A stretch of 64,000 bases of DNA. Origin: an uncultured Candidatus Saccharibacteria bacterium (GTDB taxonomy: Bacteria; Patescibacteriota; Minisyncoccia; Ryanbacterales; GWA2-47-10b). A program made the translations under genes and the position numbers. Positions within the stretch are counted from its first letter, which is position 1. The number at the start of each line of letters is the position of its first letter. Below, piece by piece: positions 61,307-64,000 of the stretch. Location of the stretch: contig CAYHJF010000002.1 in NCBI GenBank assembly GCA_964356915.1, positions 148,522 to 212,521 of the forward strand. The letters run 5' to 3'. A model generated the notes under the pieces. It was not told where the DNA came from, ran no database searches, and saw only the letters and a program-made list of their open reading frames with translations.

Positions 61307-62704
61307 CTAGAACGAACGCGGCCTATCAGGGCGAGAATCTTCTCCGCCCGATGCACCGGTCTCTTCTCCCTCGAAACGAAAGAACGAACTATTTGTGGGA
61401 TCAATTCCATATTGAGCCTTGAACGCCGCAATCGCTTCACGTTCACGATGACGAATCTGTGCGACCGCCTCCGCCTGCGCTGCTGCGATTCCTGCGAGCT
61501 GGCGTATGATATCCGGATGTTTTTCGACGCGATCCATCCGAAGACGATCTGACAGAGCACCAGCACTTGCCATATACTCTGCGTTGCGTAAATCCACTTC
61601 AACACCAACCTCATCGAGCCGCCGAGCAATGTCCTGATCGGCCATACCCTTCTGCGCCTCGAGTCGGGAACGGAATGTAATTACCCGTGCCTCGGTATCA
61701 GACCGAAGCATCGTGATCCACATACGCATGTTATCGCGGAGCTTCATTTGAGTACGCTCATGGATGAGCATATCTTCCGCAAATCGCTCCTTTGACTGGA
61801 AGTAAATCAACGCCGTATTATGTTCACCTCGAACCTGCTCAACCTTGGCACGCAATGCTGCGATTGCCTCGGTTTGGCGAGCATGATCAGGGGTCCCATT
61901 TTCGAGACCACGGAGCTTTTCTTCTTCGGTCTGCAACTCCGCCTCAACCTCTGTGAGACCGCCTTGGAGTTTTTCGAGCGCCTGTGCGGCACGGCCCTTC
62001 TCTTCGAAGGTTCGTACGCGCGCAGCACCGACAACCTGCACTTGCGTATTGATCTCTTCGCGACGCGCTTCCATGATCTGCACGGTACGCTCAACACGAA
62101 GAGTGAACTCCTGCAAAGATGCTTCCATATCAGCCCCCTGAAGACGTGCTCGCATTTTGCGTTGTGCATCTTCAGTCGCCGTCTTAATCGCCCCTTTTGC
62201 AACTCTGATATTTTCTTCAGCAGCCGCTATTGCACGACCCTTGAAGAACGTCTTTTGCTTAGCCACTTCGAGCTCAGCTTCACCAGCCGTCTGATCAGCA
62301 GTTGCCTTATCAATAGGCGCCTGCTCATTGGTATTAAACTTACCAAGATTTGTATATTCGGCTCCCATTTGCTCGATAATCGTATTGAGACCAAAAACTG
62401 CCGCGGCGAGATCTTTCTCCTCCGTAGCAGCGTCTTGCTCAAGCGCTTCGAGCGTAGTCTCGAGTACACGAAGACGCGCATCTCGCACGCCCTTATCGCG
62501 GATTTTTACCGCTTCCTTGATTTGATCTTCTACACCTGCGATCTGACGTTCAAGCGCGTTTGCACTCCCCGTCCTATCACGAACTCGATCGATCGCCTGG
62601 TTCGTATTTCCCAAGAGATCCTGAAGAATTTGAGACGAATCAACGACGGCAGCACCCTGTTCGGGCATCGCTATCTCCTTGTTCGTTGCCAAGTTTTCAA
62701 GCAA
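61307..62704 (-). CDS. Long coiled-coil protein (465 aa), first gene of the AAA-ATPase operon
   Basis: Highly charged, heptad-rich E/K/R/A composition throughout. Confidence 0.4.
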   Translation of the reverse strand: MLENLATNKEIAMPEQGAAVVDSSQILQDLLGNTNQAIDRVRDRTGSANALERQIAGVEDQIKEAVKIRDKGVRDARLRVLETTLEALEQDAATEEKDLAAAVFGLNTIIEQMGAEYTNLGKFNTNEQAPIDKATADQTAGEAELEVAKQKTFFKGRAIAAAEENIRVAKGAIKTATEDAQRKMRARLQGADMEASLQEFTLRVERTVQIMEARREEINTQVQVVGAARVRTFEEKGRAAQALEKLQGGLTEVEAELQTEEEKLRGLENGTPDHARQTEAIAALRAKVEQVRGEHNTALIYFQSKERFAEDMLIHERTQMKLRDNMRMWITMLRSDTEARVITFRSRLEAQKGMADQDIARRLDEVGVEVDLRNAEYMASAGALSDRLRMDRVEKHPDIIRQLAGIAAAQAEAVAQIRHREREAIAAFKAQYGIDPTNSSFFRFEGEETGASGGEDSRPDRPRSF

Positions 62705-62772
62705 CGGTCTAGAAGAATTCTTACAACATTATAAGCAAAAAGTCAAGGTTATACACGCACCACCAAAACCCG

Positions 62773-63420
62773 CTATCCTCCTGCCTGCCAACGTAAAATC
62801 GCCTGTGCTGGGTAAACGAGCATAATGATATTAAGTGTAAGATTATCGCGGATAAAATAGGCCACGCCAACCTCCATAATGACGGTCAGCGCAATCGTCA
62901 GCCATACAGGCATCCGAGAAACAAGCCAAAAACCAAAAATCATTGCGAGCACATCAAACGTTGAATTAAGAATACTATCACCATAATACCCCCATGAAAT
63001 CGTCACCTCTCGATACCGATTAATGACCATTGGAGTATTTTCAAAAACTTCCCATGCTACTTCAAATGCTGTAGCAATCGCAAGACGTACCCTAATTGGT
63101 ATCCGACGAGCGAATAGCCACAAGAGCGCATAAAATCCAAATCCATGAATAACGTGAGAAAATGTATACCAATCAGAAATGTGCTGTGAATTTTCCGCGC
63201 TCGCGACGACTCCCTGCCATAATTTTATATATCCACATTGGCATATAACAACACGGCCCATTACAAATTCAAAAAACGCGCCCAATATAATAATAGAAAA
63301 AACGAGCACCGCATCTACGTACCACGCGGCAGATCGTCCACGCCAATACCCTAAGCGAATTGCCACTAACGCGCCCGTGATACCAAGTATAAAAAGAGGA
63401 GCACTATATCCATCAAGCAT
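62773..63420 (-). CDS. Hypothetical integral membrane protein (DUF2585-like?)
   Basis: Five or six TM helices; 'HISDWYTFSHVIHG' motif. Confidence 0.35.
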   Translation of the reverse strand: MLDGYSAPLFILGITGALVAIRLGYWRGRSAAWYVDAVLVFSIIILGAFFEFVMGRVVICQCGYIKLWQGVVASAENSQHISDWYTFSHVIHGFGFYALLWLFARRIPIRVRLAIATAFEVAWEVFENTPMVINRYREVTISWGYYGDSILNSTFDVLAMIFGFWLVSRMPVWLTIALTVIMEVGVAYFIRDNLTLNIIMLVYPAQAILRWQAGG

Positions 63421-63461
63421 AATCTTAGTATATCAAAATAAAAATGCCGCATCGATTGCGG

Positions 63462-63689
63462 CTATTTATATGCAGATCCCTCCCAACACTCAAAAACGGT
63501 ATTGCCCTTTTCCGCTGCTACACGCGTCATAATTCCCTCACAAGCAACTTTCGTATCAAAGGGGCCAATAACCATATAGATTCGAGGAGAAAAATTACCA
63601 GCAGGACCAGCCATTAAAAACCACCACGCAAAAAATATACTCAATGAACTATGAAAGCACCGTTCAATTATTTTATGTGGATTGAACAC
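63462..63689 (-). CDS. Small hypothetical protein
   Basis: ORF only. Confidence 0.2.
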   Translation of the reverse strand: MFNPHKIIERCFHSSLSIFFAWWFLMAGPAGNFSPRIYMVIGPFDTKVACEGIMTRVAAEKGNTVFECWEGSAYK

Positions 63690-63749
63690 CTCTCATCACC
63701 TCTCTCTATACTGTGTACCATGCTCCTCCCTACAAATTCAAGACAACCT

Positions 63750-64000
63750 CTACCTGCGCCAATAATCAATAAAGGCAATATAAAAATAAGCAACACCGAC
63801 TTGATACATGAGCTTCACGCGCTCTTTTGTACCCTCTAAAAACCCATACTTTTGCTCTTTAATAGTTTGACGATAAGAAAATACTTTATATCCGAGCTTT
63901 CCTCCCCGTTTTTTTACAAATACATTAAGTCCTGTTTCTATTCGAAATCCTTTTTTATAAAATACCGGCAACGCATCCCAGTCACCTCGTAATACACATC
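63750..64000 (-). CDS. C-terminal fragment of a gene whose start lies beyond the window end
   Basis: The minus-strand frame of the listed 63750..63971 ORF stays open up to position 64000, so the TTG at 63971 is probably not the true start. Confidence 0.3.
   Translation of the reverse strand, partial: CVLRGDWDALPVFYKKGFRIETGLNVFVKKRGGKLGYKVFSYRQTIKEQKYGFLEGTKERVKLMYQVGVAYFYIAFIDYWRR

Overview
This 64 kb window reads like a compact, gene-dense bacterial chromosome segment, possibly from a Patescibacteria/CPR-like organism, though the sequence alone cannot settle that. It is mostly coding. Four short GC-rich patches stand out from a roughly 45% GC background. The first ~11.5 kb is a surface-polysaccharide/glycosylation locus carrying two unusual fusion enzymes. 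Downstream are three paralogous secreted cysteine-rich repeat proteins, a complete F-type ATP synthase operon, and conserved housekeeping genes. The strongest finding is a complete diversity-generating retroelement (DGR) at about 34.5–37.2 kb: a reverse transcriptase with the DGR-type LGxxxSQ motif, an Avd-like four-helix-bundle gene on the opposite strand, and a ~122-nt template repeat matched to a variable repeat at the 3' end of a small GC-rich target gene. All 19 mismatches between the two repeats fall on template adenines. A C10 homopolymer sits in the divergent RT/avd control region. A second candidate system is an operon of unknown proteins built around a classic-clade AAA ATPase and a 465-aa coiled-coil protein (56.9–62.7 kb). 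No rRNA, tRNA or CRISPR array was recognised by eye.
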